A DNA stretch of 41,624 nucleotides from Octopus sinensis. Its lineage: Eukaryota. How positions within the stretch are numbered: position 1 is the first letter of the stretch; each line of letters opens with the position of its first letter. The notes under the pieces were generated by a model. That model did not search any database. It was given only the letters and a program-made list of their open reading frames with translations, and was not told the origin of the DNA. Positions 21,699 to 32,059 of the stretch are shown piece after piece. The translations under genes and the position numbers were made by a program. Location of the stretch: contig NW_021835288.1 in NCBI RefSeq assembly GCF_006345805.1, positions 1-41,624 on the forward strand. Direction: 5' to 3'.

Positions 21699-22507
21699 CT
21701 ACCATCAGGTTTTGATTTCCCATTAAAACAGTCTAACTCCCTTTACTCTTATGCTTTTTAAAACAGGATGAATGTCCCAACTTCTTATATCTTTTTAAAG
21801 AAATCTCACGGTATTTCAACTCCGTTATGAGCAACAAAAGAATGCTTGTTGCGAAACCGCCAGAAAGAGCCTGTCTCCATAGCAAACATAAATGTTATTG
21901 TTTTACGGTTGAGACAAAGATTATGCGTATTTGATATCTTCTGGTCATCTTTCTGGTATCTTTCTGGGGGAAAAGAAAGATATGAAAACTGAAAATTACA
22001 TGGCGCAGAACATTCATAACTCACATGCGAAAGGATAATAAAGCCTGAGCGGATATTGAAACTTGCAGCCAGCAGAAAGTAATGGCGTCAACATGCTATC
22101 TCAATGTGCTCGAGAACACAAGGGGAAAGTGATACTGATTTCTCCTTATTAAATCAATATTAGAAATAAAATCTAACTTTTAAGCAAAGTGGTTATCTTA
22201 GCTGGATTCTTCATTTTTTTTTTTTTTAACTCAACTCCACAAACTGATCGAGTTTTAAAGCTCTTCCATCCATTTTGCCCCAGATAACATCCTTAATTAT
22301 CGTAGTTTATCTGAAATAAATGGATATATTTGAATAAGTGAAACTTGTCATTGTTCATTACGAAATAATTTGAAGTAGGTGTCGTTATTGGTGTACGTCA
22401 TCCAGGGGTCTTGCCAAACTCGCCACGCTTGGTACTGCGGGTTGGCGAGTCCTTTTAGAAGGTTTTTACCTCACGGAGAGATACGCAGAGTATTCTTTAC
22501 TGCTGGT

Positions 22508-22614
22508 ACACACACACACACACGCACACGCACACACACACACACACACACGCACACACACACACACACACACGCACACACACACACACACGCACACACA
22601 CACACACACACGCG

Positions 22615-22653
<39 letters not shown>

Positions 22654-22657
22654 ATAC
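22508..22657. repeat. (CA)n/(CACG) microsatellite
   Basis: Directly visible. Confidence 0.95.
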
Positions 22658-22714
22658 GCATATCAAATTATGTAAGTGATGGGCTCTCAATACTATCATC
22701 ATTATTACCTTCTT

Positions 22715-22759
22715 TGTAGCCCAACGGAAAATGGAACGAATTATGCTTGGCAGGAATGG

Positions 22760-22790
<31 letters not shown>

Positions 22791-22880
22791 TGACAAGATC
22801 AAGAGGCCAACCAAAAGGAATATCGCAAGTTAATCTCACTCGCTACCTGGGGCCTACATAATCACGACTGGCCAGAAACA
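22715..22880 (+). mobile_element. Small RTE LINE fragments split by a CA run
   Basis: VAQRKMERIMLG, then RSRGQPK..RYLGPT*SRLARNR. Confidence 0.5.
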
Positions 22881-22994
22881 GACAGCAGTTCAGAGAGGGG
22901 TTTCTCCTTCAGGAATGATGAAGCCCTAGAGATAAAGAGAACTGTTTCATTATTAAAAATGCGAATTGAATTTTGTACTTCATATATATTATTT

Positions 22995-23306
22995 GGAGGC
23001 GCAATGGCCCAGTGGTTAGGGCAGTGGACTCGCGGTCGGATGATCGCGGTTTCGATTCTCAGACCGGGCGTTGTGTGTGTGTTTATTGAGCGAAAACACC
23101 TAGAAGCACCACGAGGCTCCGGCAGGGGCGGTGGCGACTCCTGTTGTACTCTTTCGTCCCAACTTTCTCTCACTCTCTCTTCCTGTTTCTTGAGTAACGA
23201 TGCGATGGACTGGCGTCCCGTCCAGCTGGGGGAGGGGAACACATACGCCACAGAAACCGGGAAACCCGGCCCATGAGCCTGGCTAGGCTTGAAAAGGGCG
23301 AAAAAA
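22995..23306 (+). mobile_element. Full-length SINE family B (tail type 2)
   Basis: Family B head, followed by tail cgatggactggcgtcccgtccagctgg..gccacagaaaccggg..gaaaagggcgaaaaaag. Confidence 0.9.
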
Positions 23307-23540
23307 GTATATACATTATTTAGCTCTGCAGTTTTTTGTTTGTTTTTTTCTCTTTCTTAATGACCCTTCATTGAAAAATATTCCTTAAATTATCTAAGCC
23401 ATCGGTAGTTATTGTTAAATGGTTTTGCAAGTTCGTTTACATCGCACAGCACTTTGGATATTCCAGAGAAGCAATAACTTGTTACTAAAATTTCGTCGAT
23501 GGAACTTGTGTGTGTGTGTGTGTGTGTGTGATATGTATGT

Positions 23541-23932
23541 TTCTTTGTCAGTCATTAGACTGCGGCCATACTGGAGCATCACCTTGAGGAATTTTAGTCG
23601 AACGAATTAACTCCAGTACTTTCAAGCCTCGCACTGATCGATTTCTTTTGCTGGACGCTAAGTTATGGGGGCGTACATACACACACACACACACACACAC
23701 GCACACACACGCACACACACACACGCACACACACACGCACGCACACACGCACACACGCACACACACCTACACACGCACACAACGGTCTTCTTTCAGTTTC
23801 TGTTTGTCAAATCCGCTCAAAAGTCTTTAGTCGGCTCGAGGCTATAGAAGACACTTGCCCAAGGTACAACGCAGCGGGACTGAACTAGTAATCGTGTGGT
23901 TGTGGCACAAACTTCTTACCACACAGTTGCGC
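23541..23932 (-). mobile_element. Degenerate SINE family C with internal CA expansion
   Basis: Reverse complement of the head, CORE-like domain and tail. Confidence 0.82.
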
Positions 23933-23940
23933 ATATATAT

Positions 23941-23991
<51 letters not shown>

Positions 23992-24659
23992 TATTAAGCA
24001 AGATATAAGTTAGAGGTTATGCAACCATCTCAGGGATAGATGTATCCGTAGGCACTCCTGGTGTCTTACCTCACTATGTATAGTCCTTGTTATAAGGTAT
24101 ACTGTAGTAGGTAATTTAAAGGTAAAACCGTGGTTTAGAGAGCTAATAGATCATAGTTCATAAAGTTCTAATTAAATGTAACCACTGTAAAATTCCCAAA
24201 TATCTGAGTTAATAGCTTTCTCTATCATTGTATAATATATAAGATTTAGAGTACAGATATATAAATTATACACTTCTTTGTTTAGTGAATCTTAATGGTA
24301 TAATTATTTTCTAAATATGTTTTCATTGTACACATAATTAAATATTAGCATGCATTATATTTGTTTGATTTAACTTCTATCGTTAAAATAATTCGATAAT
24401 ACGTTTAAATGTATGTTAATTTTAAATAAATATTTACGATCCTTTGTAGTAAGGAGTTAAGTGATACATTTTTCCCCAGAGTCATCCACAGGAGTCTATA
24501 CTTTCGCCTATTCTTTTTCTATTTTACAAAACCATCTTCTAGCTTGTTTTATTTGATTCAACTATTAAACTGCAGGCATGCTAGGACACCGCCTTGAATT
24601 TTTTCAGTTGAACCAACAGACCCCACCAGTACTATGTGTGTGTGCGTATTGGTTTCCTT

Positions 24660-25517
24660 TGATGTGGACAAAAGGCTTAAGGTAATTTGTGTCCCTGCAC
24701 AAGTGACATCTTGGCCTTCTTCCTTCAACACCTGCGTGAAGTTTTGTGCCATGTGTTAGGGTTGTGAAGTCCAGATTGGCCTCGACACTTGGTTGATTCG
24801 CCAGCATTGACAACTGCATATCCTATCCTGTAACCGTGGGATATTGTTTTTTTTTTTTACTTCTTTCAAAGAGAACCGCTGCCACCAACCAACCGGTGTT
24901 GATTTCTGGTAGTATATTTATTCTTATTCAAAGTACCATTCGGCCAAGGTAAATGGGGATGAGGATGAGTTCGTCACTCGTTTGGGTGGTTGTTGAGACT
25001 TTTGGCTGCTCTTCTGGGGCGAACCTCACTTCGACAGTATTTTACCATATTTTACCCCTGGCTATATATCTTTTCCTCTTCCAAATTGGTTGCAAATATT
25101 TTTCTATCTGTTGGTGTGTTGCCTGTTCTACTCTTCTATCTTTTGGTTCCAATTATGTGTTTTGTATAGAACTGTCTGCAAATTAGCTTCTTGCTGGACA
25201 AATCTAGGAACATTCACTCCCACATTTTTCTAACATACATTTTGCACTTTTCAAATACATTTTTATTTCTAAAAAAACTTCATTTATTTGCCGCATTGCG
25301 AAACTGCTAACAGCGGATTTGCATGGTCCATTTTACTTTCTTTTTTTTTTTAATTATGTTGGTAGTGGTGGTGGTGTTAATGGTGGTGGGTTTGTTGTTG
25401 CCATTAGAAGCGGTGGTGCTTTCTGTGGTATATTGTTGTTGTCACTTTTACAGTTAGGTGGTTCTGTTCTGGAGGTAAGTTGTTCTTTTCAGTGGACGAA
25501 CTACCCTCGTCCGCCAT
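24660..25517 (-). pseudogene. Second, diverged gag/ORF1-like pseudogene
   Basis: ATG at 25517 (MADEGSSSTEK). QIEKYLQPIWKRKRYIARG..VEVRF..LILIPIYLGR..PEINTGWLVAAVLF..VEGRRPRCHLCRDTNYLK(A)FC aligns to LVEKALRPIWRDITYLTRG..VEVRF..VVLLPTYRR..PKIDVAWVADAVLF..VERRVPRCFKCGQKGHIRANC. Confidence 0.8.
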
Positions 25518-25739
25518 GTTTCTTTTTTATGCAAAAATTGAGGAGCGTGTTAAGCTAAACACACTCCAATTTAGCCATTACGGGCTACAGATGGAGAAAA
25601 GTTAACCAGCTCCCAAAGGTTTATCTATATAACGATAATAAAAGTACAATGTATAACTTTCTGTAACAATATAGCTAACGGGAACATAGTGCAATACTTG
25701 TCAGCTGACAAACAACACCAATAATAATAATGGTTTCAA

Positions 25740-26608
25740 ATTTTGCCCTTTGTTGGGAGGGGATGAGTCGATTACGTCGACCCAGTGTTTCGCTGGTACT
25801 TAATTTATTGGCCCCGAAAAGGTGAGAGGCAAAGTCGGAATCTGGGATCTTTTCACTTTGACCGGCAGATTTAAAAAATAATTTCTTTGTAACTAAACAC
25901 TTTTAAACTTCGTATACTGGTAGAATGTGTTACATAAAACATCTTTTTCTCTTGGCTTTCTTGAGAAAATTCTGTAGTTTGTAAGCTATTTGTTAAATTT
26001 CTTACATTTCGGCAATTTCAACCAATTTCAACCAATCAATGACGTCTATTGAGGTGAATACAATTTCTGCTGTTGTTTGTCAACAAGTTCAACAAGAACT
26101 TCCGGCGGTGTAGCTGTCACTTATAAACCCACGTGGATTTATTTACATTTCTGAAGAAAAAAGAAACCCTTCCCCCCACTCCTAACCCTAACCCTAACCC
26201 CACAATCTTTTATCCATACGAATGTGACTGATATGAAATATGTCATAAATAACAGTGACAAACTAAATAGAGACCGCAGGAGGTTGTTGTTGACAAACAA
26301 CAGCAGAAATTGTATTCAACTCAATAGACGTCATTGATTGGCTGAAATTGCCAAATGCAAGAAATTTAACAACAAATAGCTTACAAACTACGGAATTTTC
26401 TCAAGAAAGCCAAGAGAAAAAGATGTTTTATGTAACACATTCTACCAGTATGCGAAGTTTAAAAGTGTTTAGTTACAAAGAAATTATTTTTTAAATCTGC
26501 CGGTCAAAGTGAAAAGATCCGGAATTTGAACTCGGGACGTACAGACGGACGAAATACCGCTAAGCATTTTGCCCGGCTTGCTAACGATTCTACCAGCTCG
26601 CTGCCTTA
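25740..26608 (-). mobile_element. SINE family A monomer split by the foldback element (pieces ~25740-25844 and 26521-26608)
   Basis: ggcaaagtcggaatctg | insertion | ggaatttgaactc..accagctcgctgcctta. Confidence 0.8.
25845..26520. mobile_element. Foldback/long-TIR non-autonomous DNA transposon (Mutator- or Merlin-like)
   Basis: About 240-260-bp inverted arms starting ggatcttttcactttgaccggcag and ending ctgccggtcaaagtgaaaagatcc. The TSD is 8-9 bp, (c)ggaatctg / (c)ggaatttg. (CCCTAA)3 lies in the spacer. Confidence 0.9.
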
Positions 26609-26742
26609 GTAATAATAAACTAAATTTTGTACAATCTTAACTGCAATTGAATGGGCAAACGAAAATAGTCAACAATTGATTTATTCTCATGACCCACAAA
26701 CTTTCAATTATCAATGTGATGAAATATGTTTCAGCTTTTAAT

Positions 26743-26807
26743 AACACACACACACACACACCACACACACACACACACAACACACACACAACACACACAC
26801 ACACACA

Positions 26808-26864
<57 letters not shown>

Positions 26865-26880
26865 ACACACACACACACAC
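26743..26880. repeat. (CA)n microsatellite
   Basis: Directly visible. Confidence 0.95.
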
Positions 26881-26953
26881 AGAGCTTCTTGGTATCTCTT
26901 TTGGTTGAAATTAGGAAGTCCAATTCGTCATCGAAAATATAATAGTTTCGGCA

Positions 26954-27950
26954 TACGAAGGGATACCCAAAAGAAACCGGAATTTTGCAATGTTATTTTA
27001 TTCTCATATTCACACTTTTATCGCCTTCAAAGTATTCCCCATTTGAAGCAATGCATCATCGGTCCAGGCGCGTTTTCCACTGTTGAAAGCAGTGCTAGAA
27101 CTCTTACAAAGTGATGCCTTTTAACGCCTCGGTTTTTTTCCCCTATGTCTTCCACTTTTGCAAATTCCATAGCATCAGCTTTCTTTACAGTGATGATCTT
27201 CGAAAAAACAAAATGTCCGGATCAACTTCCAATTTTGCTTCCACACTTTTCATTCGCAATTCTACGCTCAAAATTTGTTGGCAGAAGCTCTAGGACACAC
27301 CTATCATAACAAGTTCATCTGTGTGGTAAGACGCTTGTTTCCCAACCACATGGTTCCGGGTTCAGTCCCACTGCGTGGCACCTTGGGCAAGTGTCTTCTA
27401 CTATAGCCTCGGGTCGACCAAAGCCTTGTGAGTGGATTTGGTAGACGGAAACTGAAAAGAAGCCCGTCGTATATATATGTATATGTATGTTTGTGTCTGT
27501 GTTTGTCCCCCCAACGTCGCTTGACAACCGATGCTGGTGTGTTTACGTCCTGTAACTTAGCGGCTCGGGAAAAGGGCCCGATAGAATAAGTACTAGGCTT
27601 ACAAAGAATAAGTCCTGCGGTCGATTTGCTCGACTAAATGCGGTGCTCCAGCATGGTCACAGTCAAATGACTGAAACAAGTAAAAGAATAATTGTTCGGT
27701 GATGGTCCTCCAATTCACGAATTTTCCCGATGTTTTCATTCGTTTTCATTCGCCCTGAACAAGGTTGGTCTTCAAGCAACAAGTGACCATTTCTAAAGCG
27801 TGAAAATTACTCGTAAACTTGTGTTTTGCACATGGCAGCGTCCTTGTAAACTGTTTGAAGCATAACTGTTTCGGTGACCGTTTTCCCCCGGCAGAAAACA
27901 GCATTTCACGGAAGCACACTATTCCTTCGTTTCCGCTATCGCATAAATCG
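26954..27950 (-). mobile_element. Mariner transposon deletion derivative interrupted by a SINE
   Basis: N-terminus CFLPGKTVTETVMLQTVYKDAAMCKTQVYE*FSRFRNGHLLLEDQPCSGR..RTIDELV..GVS*SFCQQILSVELRMKSVEAK. C-terminus TEALKGIT..CFQQWKTRLDR..ASNGEYFEGDK. TA plus TIR cgaagggatacccaaaag at 26954. Confidence 0.85.
27319..27690 (+). mobile_element. SINE family C inserted in the mariner
   Basis: High identity to 8865-9274. Confidence 0.92.
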
Positions 27951-28088
27951 ACGAACAAGGGAGAAGTACTGCAGAACAAAGACGCACAACGTGGCTGTAC
28001 GACTTCACCAGACGACGCTGATCGGCAGACTCCCCCTCTCACAAGCTCGCTTTCTCCCTCTCTTTTCCTCTCCCACTTGTCTTTTGCG

Positions 28089-28092
<4 letters not shown>

Positions 28093-28130
<38 letters not shown>
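28093..28130. repeat. (CT)n microsatellite
   Basis: Directly visible. Confidence 0.95.
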
Positions 28131-28133
<3 letters not shown>

Positions 28134-29340
28134 GTTGAAATGTATCCATTGACATATTGTTCCAATCCTCCTCTCCTTGCCAAACTAAGAATTCGCTATT
28201 ACTTACGCTTTTGGTGCATCGGTTAGTATGTGTACGCTTGATTGAACGCACTTGTGTACGTGTAGTAGTGGTTGCGGGTTTTTGTCTTTGATTGCCCCAC
28301 CCACCAACTCTTTAGGTCATCCCCCTGAAGGAGTAATTCTATCCGTCCAAAGGCGTTCCAACCATGAACAAGCCGTCTTCTATTCAGATAAAATTTATCC
28401 AGAACATTATTTCGACATGCTCTTACAGCTGACTGCAGAGCGTCCTCCGTCGGTCGAGACGACGAGCATGCGGTTGCACGGTCAACTGACTTCCTACTGA
28501 TGAAATTAGCATTATGTGACTGAGTATTCCTCTGGTACGTGTACCCGCAATGTAATTCTCAGTCAGAGAGAATTAACATGACACGAGAGGAGACCTAAGA
28601 AATACAGGTAGGATCAAGAGAAGGAAAAAATAAACGAGAATGAAAACTCCATCTCAGAAGTTATACTTTATCGACTCCGAAAGTAACGAAGGCAAAGCTG
28701 ACTTCGACGCAATTTGAACTCGTAGCACGGAGAGCCGAAACAAATATTGCGAGGAATTCTGTCCGGCATTCTTATGAGGCTCCCAATTCTACGCTTTATT
28801 CTTATTGTCAGAAGGTAAAGACTCAGAACAGATCCTGCACGGAACAGTTGTGCTAATCCATCGTTCTCAGGTGAAGTACTTAATTTATCAATCCCGAAAA
28901 GACGAACGGCAAAGCTGACTTCGGCAGGATTTGATTTCAGGAAACCAGACTCTATTTTTGTTTTCAAATAAAATTTATCCAAAACATTATTCCGACGTGC
29001 TCCTACAGTTAAAATGACAGCGGAGAGTTCTTCGATCGAATCATATTAACTGTAAGATCACATCGAAATATTGTTAGTTTAGATAAATTTTATTTGAATA
29101 GAAGGTGCCAAGACGTTAGTGTGCTTTATGAGATATTTTGCTATTTCTAGCAGAATGAGTGACCACATAGAGCCCTGGCACCCGATCTTTTCCTTGCCCC
29201 ATACCACTGGGAAATGCTTGATTAGTTTTTGCACGCCCCTACCAAAGTAATAACCTATTTGAAAATGTAAACATCGATTTTCTAATCACTAGTTTATTTT
29301 TTATCAAATTGAATCGCATACAGTATTGAGGTCGACTTAA

Positions 29341-29660
29341 AGACTCCGCCGGTTACGACGACGAGGGTCCCAGCTGATACGATCAACGGAACAGCTTGCT
29401 CGTGAAATTAACGTGCAAATGGCTGAGCATTCCACAGACACGTGTACCCTTAACGTAGTTCTCGGGGATAATCAGCGTGACACAGAGAGTGACAAGGCTG
29501 ACCCTTTGAAATACAAGTACAACTCATTTTTGCCAGCTGAGTGGACTGGAGCAACGTGAAATAAAGTGTCTTGCTCAAGGACACAACGCGTCGCCGGGAA
29601 TCGAACTCACAACCTTACGATCATGAGCCGAATGCCCTAACCACTAAGCCACGCGCCCTC
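29341..29660 (-). mobile_element. Full-length SINE family D (tRNA head, CORE-like domain, tail type 1)
   Basis: Head gagggcgcgtggcttagtggttagg..gagttcgattcccgg, then ttgtgtccttgagcaagacac. TSD tgaggtcgact at 29327-29337 and 29662-29672. Confidence 0.92.
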
Positions 29661-29883
29661 ATGAGGTCGACTAAAATGAACTGAACAAATTTAACTGGTA
29701 AACAGTAAAAATCAATCACAGTTGTGAACATGAAGTTCAGTAATCTCCCTGTTTCTCAAATATGACTATCAGAGCATGGAACTTTATTGCTGATTGCGAT
29801 CCTCGAGTTTGTCTGTGGATTCAGGAATCTCCTAGATTTTCGTCGTGATTGATAAAGAGAACCAAGTCCAGATTTCCACAAGC

Positions 29884-29975
29884 ACCCTCCAGCCTTCTTC
29901 AGGTGTCTTGGGGAAATTTCGAACCTAGGTTCTCATTCTTAAGGTATTTTTCGATGTTATTATTGTTGTTGTTGT

Positions 29976-30032
<57 letters not shown>

Positions 30033-30052
30033 CGTCGTCGTCGTCGTCGTCG

Positions 30053-30084
<32 letters not shown>

Positions 30085-30304
30085 CTTGTTCAGGTCACTG
30101 CTTGGAATCGAACTCGGAATCTTGGGGTTAGTAGCCCGCACTCTTAACCACCACGCCAAGACAGGCTGGAGAGGGAAGAAGGCTGGAGGGTATATCAGCC
30201 GAAACGTTGTGTTAACGACAAACAAGATGAGGACAAATATCCGTCGAATGTAAATAATGTAAATAATGTATATAATTCCTCATCTCTTAAATATTAGAAC
30301 TGTA
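29884..30304. mobile_element. tRNA-headed, microsatellite-containing element with a split type I hammerhead motif; 5' part inverted
   Basis: Minus strand 30158->29884: tggcgtggtggttaagagtgcgggctactaaccccaagattccgagttcgattcc (A and B boxes), (AAC)n, then ..gacacCTGAAGAaggctggagggt. Plus strand from 30175: gaagaaggctggagggtatatcagccGAAACGTTgtgtt plus a tail. The two parts share a 17-bp inverted overlap. Confidence 0.75.
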
Positions 30305-30459
30305 AGGAGTACTTTGTTGGAAACTAAACCTTATTTGCTCACATTCCATGCGAGTATCTTGGTCAGGCTAAGAACTTTACAGCCAATCCTCCTAAGTTAT
30401 TACAAATGGAATGAAAACGCAATTATAGGTTGCTAGTTTCTTTTTGTTTTTAATTTTCT

Positions 30460-30808
30460 TTGCTCGTTTCAGTCAATTGATTGTGGCCATGATGGAGCAC
30501 AATCTTGAAGGATTTTAGTCGAACAAATCGGCCCGAGGACTTACTTTTTAAGCCTTAGTACTTATTCAATCGGTTTCTTTTGTTGAACCGCTGAGTTACG
30601 GGGATATAAACACACCAGCACCCGGTTTTCAAGCGGTGATGGGGGAGAAAGACACACAAACAGATTTTATATAAATGTGTGTGTGTGTGTATGTGTGCGA
30701 CGGGCTTCATTCAGTTTCCGTCTACCAAATTCACTCACAAGATTTTAATAGACGCTTGCCCACGCATGTGGTTGGAAAGCAAGCTTCTTACCACACAGTC
30801 ACGCCTGT
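30460..30808 (-). mobile_element. Degenerate SINE family C
   Basis: Reverse complement of the family C tail, body and head. Confidence 0.82.
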
Positions 30809-30991
30809 TCATAATATCTTGAGCTTTAAATCTTCACATATAGAACAAGAGCAAAACTTCCGCTAAGGCAACACCAACGTCCTCTCAACGATTAACCAGA
30901 GATGATTTTTAAAATAAGAATATCCGAAATAAACTCGACTTCTCTCAAAAATTAAGTAAAAAAAAGAAAGAAAAGAACGGGAAAATAATCC

Positions 30992-31432
30992 AGAATCCAG
31001 GACATACTCTGCGGAGAGCTTACTAGGGGTACTAGGTCTATGGGTAGACCGATCTTACGTTACAGGGATGTTTGCAAAAGGGATATGAAGGCCTGCAACA
31101 TCAATATTAGCGGTTGGGAGGCAGTTGCCGGCAACCGTGGAGAATGGCGACGTACAGTAAAAGAGGGAATACAAAAGAGTGACAGAAAGAGAGAGGAGAA
31201 ATGGAAAGAAAGGAAGAGACGTAAACAAGAGACTATGGCACTACAACCAGCCAGGAACAGTCTTCGCTACATTTGCGGTACCTGCCAGAGGGAGTGTTTG
31301 TCCAGGATAGGACTACACAGCCACAGCAGGAAATGTATCAGGACATGAAATATAAAAGCCGGACTAGACTATAAAAAAAAGAAAAAAAAATGCGCAACTC
31401 CATTGTCTCCCGAGACAGAAAGGATGCCAATA
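30992..31432 (+). mobile_element. 5'-truncated RTE LINE copy with intact terminal reading frame and 3' stem-loop
   Basis: RIQDILCGELTRGTRSMGRPILRYRDVCKRDMKAC..WEAVAGNRGEWRRTVKEG..YICGTCQRECLSRIGLHSHSRKC* (C2H2-like end). The 3' UTR reads ccattgtctcccgagacagaaaggatgcca. Confidence 0.9.
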
Positions 31433-31451
31433 CAATACCTGATCGATCCCA

Positions 31452-31744
31452 ATGGAATGTGAAGGTGAGTGTGCGGACCGTGTTTGTAATGCTACGTGTG
31501 TCGGCTGCAGTGAGAACAAGGACTGTTTTCTCTATGAAGGCCTTTTTTAGTCTATCCCCTGATATAGTGTCATTACGACCATTAAGGTCTGTAGCGAAAA
31601 ATGTATCCGTGCGCAAAAGAAAACGGAAAGGACCTGCATGCAGTGCTGTTAACAGAGGTTTAACAATATCGTTGCGCACAAAAAACGTAAGTCCAAGAAG
31701 TAAAGCTTCTTTCAATGTAGAGCTAGAAATGCAATTGTCAAGTA
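31452..31744 (+). pseudogene. Possible decayed exon of a cysteine-rich (EGF/furin-like repeat) protein
   Basis: One frame reads ECEGECADRVCNATCVGCSENKDCFLYEGLF*SIP*..KVCSEKCIRAQKKTERTCMQCC*, ending at ag|gtaaga. It contains several stops. Confidence 0.25.
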
Positions 31745-32059
31745 GGTAAGAAGTTATAAACAGGAGCAATATATTAAAAATGGGTAAAACTAAGAATTGT
31801 CAAGGTTAAATTAAATTTATTATTGTTACTGAATATGTTAGTGTTATTTAATTACTGAATGGTTTTACTGCCATTTGCTTATGTAGTTCGATTTATTTAT
31901 CCATCAGTTTCTACTAAGATAGAGACACGAGTAAAATTGATGGAGAAACGATAATAAACTTTGGAAACAGCAACGCCGCCATAACTTACGAGAGTGTTTT
32001 CAAGGGAAATAATCATGGAAAGACTTGAAACGTAATACTTTAAGTAAAGTAAATATAAC

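Noticed and set aside
22375-22500. CpG-rich segment with an 8-bp inverted repeat (actcgcca/tggcgagt) as an exon or ncRNA
   Set aside because: The stem is too short to be significant and the translations match nothing I recognise.
24070-24101. Candidate 32-nt minus-strand micro-exon (ctacag|..YLITRTIHSE..|gtaaga)
   Set aside because: Splice signals are good and one frame is open, but there is no recognisable protein match or compatible neighbouring exon; such signals are expected by chance in 42 kb.
30091-30158. Genuine tRNA gene (also the heads at 2030-2099, 22995, 29590-29660, 40536)
   Set aside because: A and B boxes are present, but the acceptor stems do not pair and each head runs into a SINE body.
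31338-31769. 143-aa minus-strand and 119-aa plus-strand ORFs as genes
   Set aside because: They start in or run into the RTE 3' UTR and have no motifs; the Cys-rich third frame is the more informative reading.
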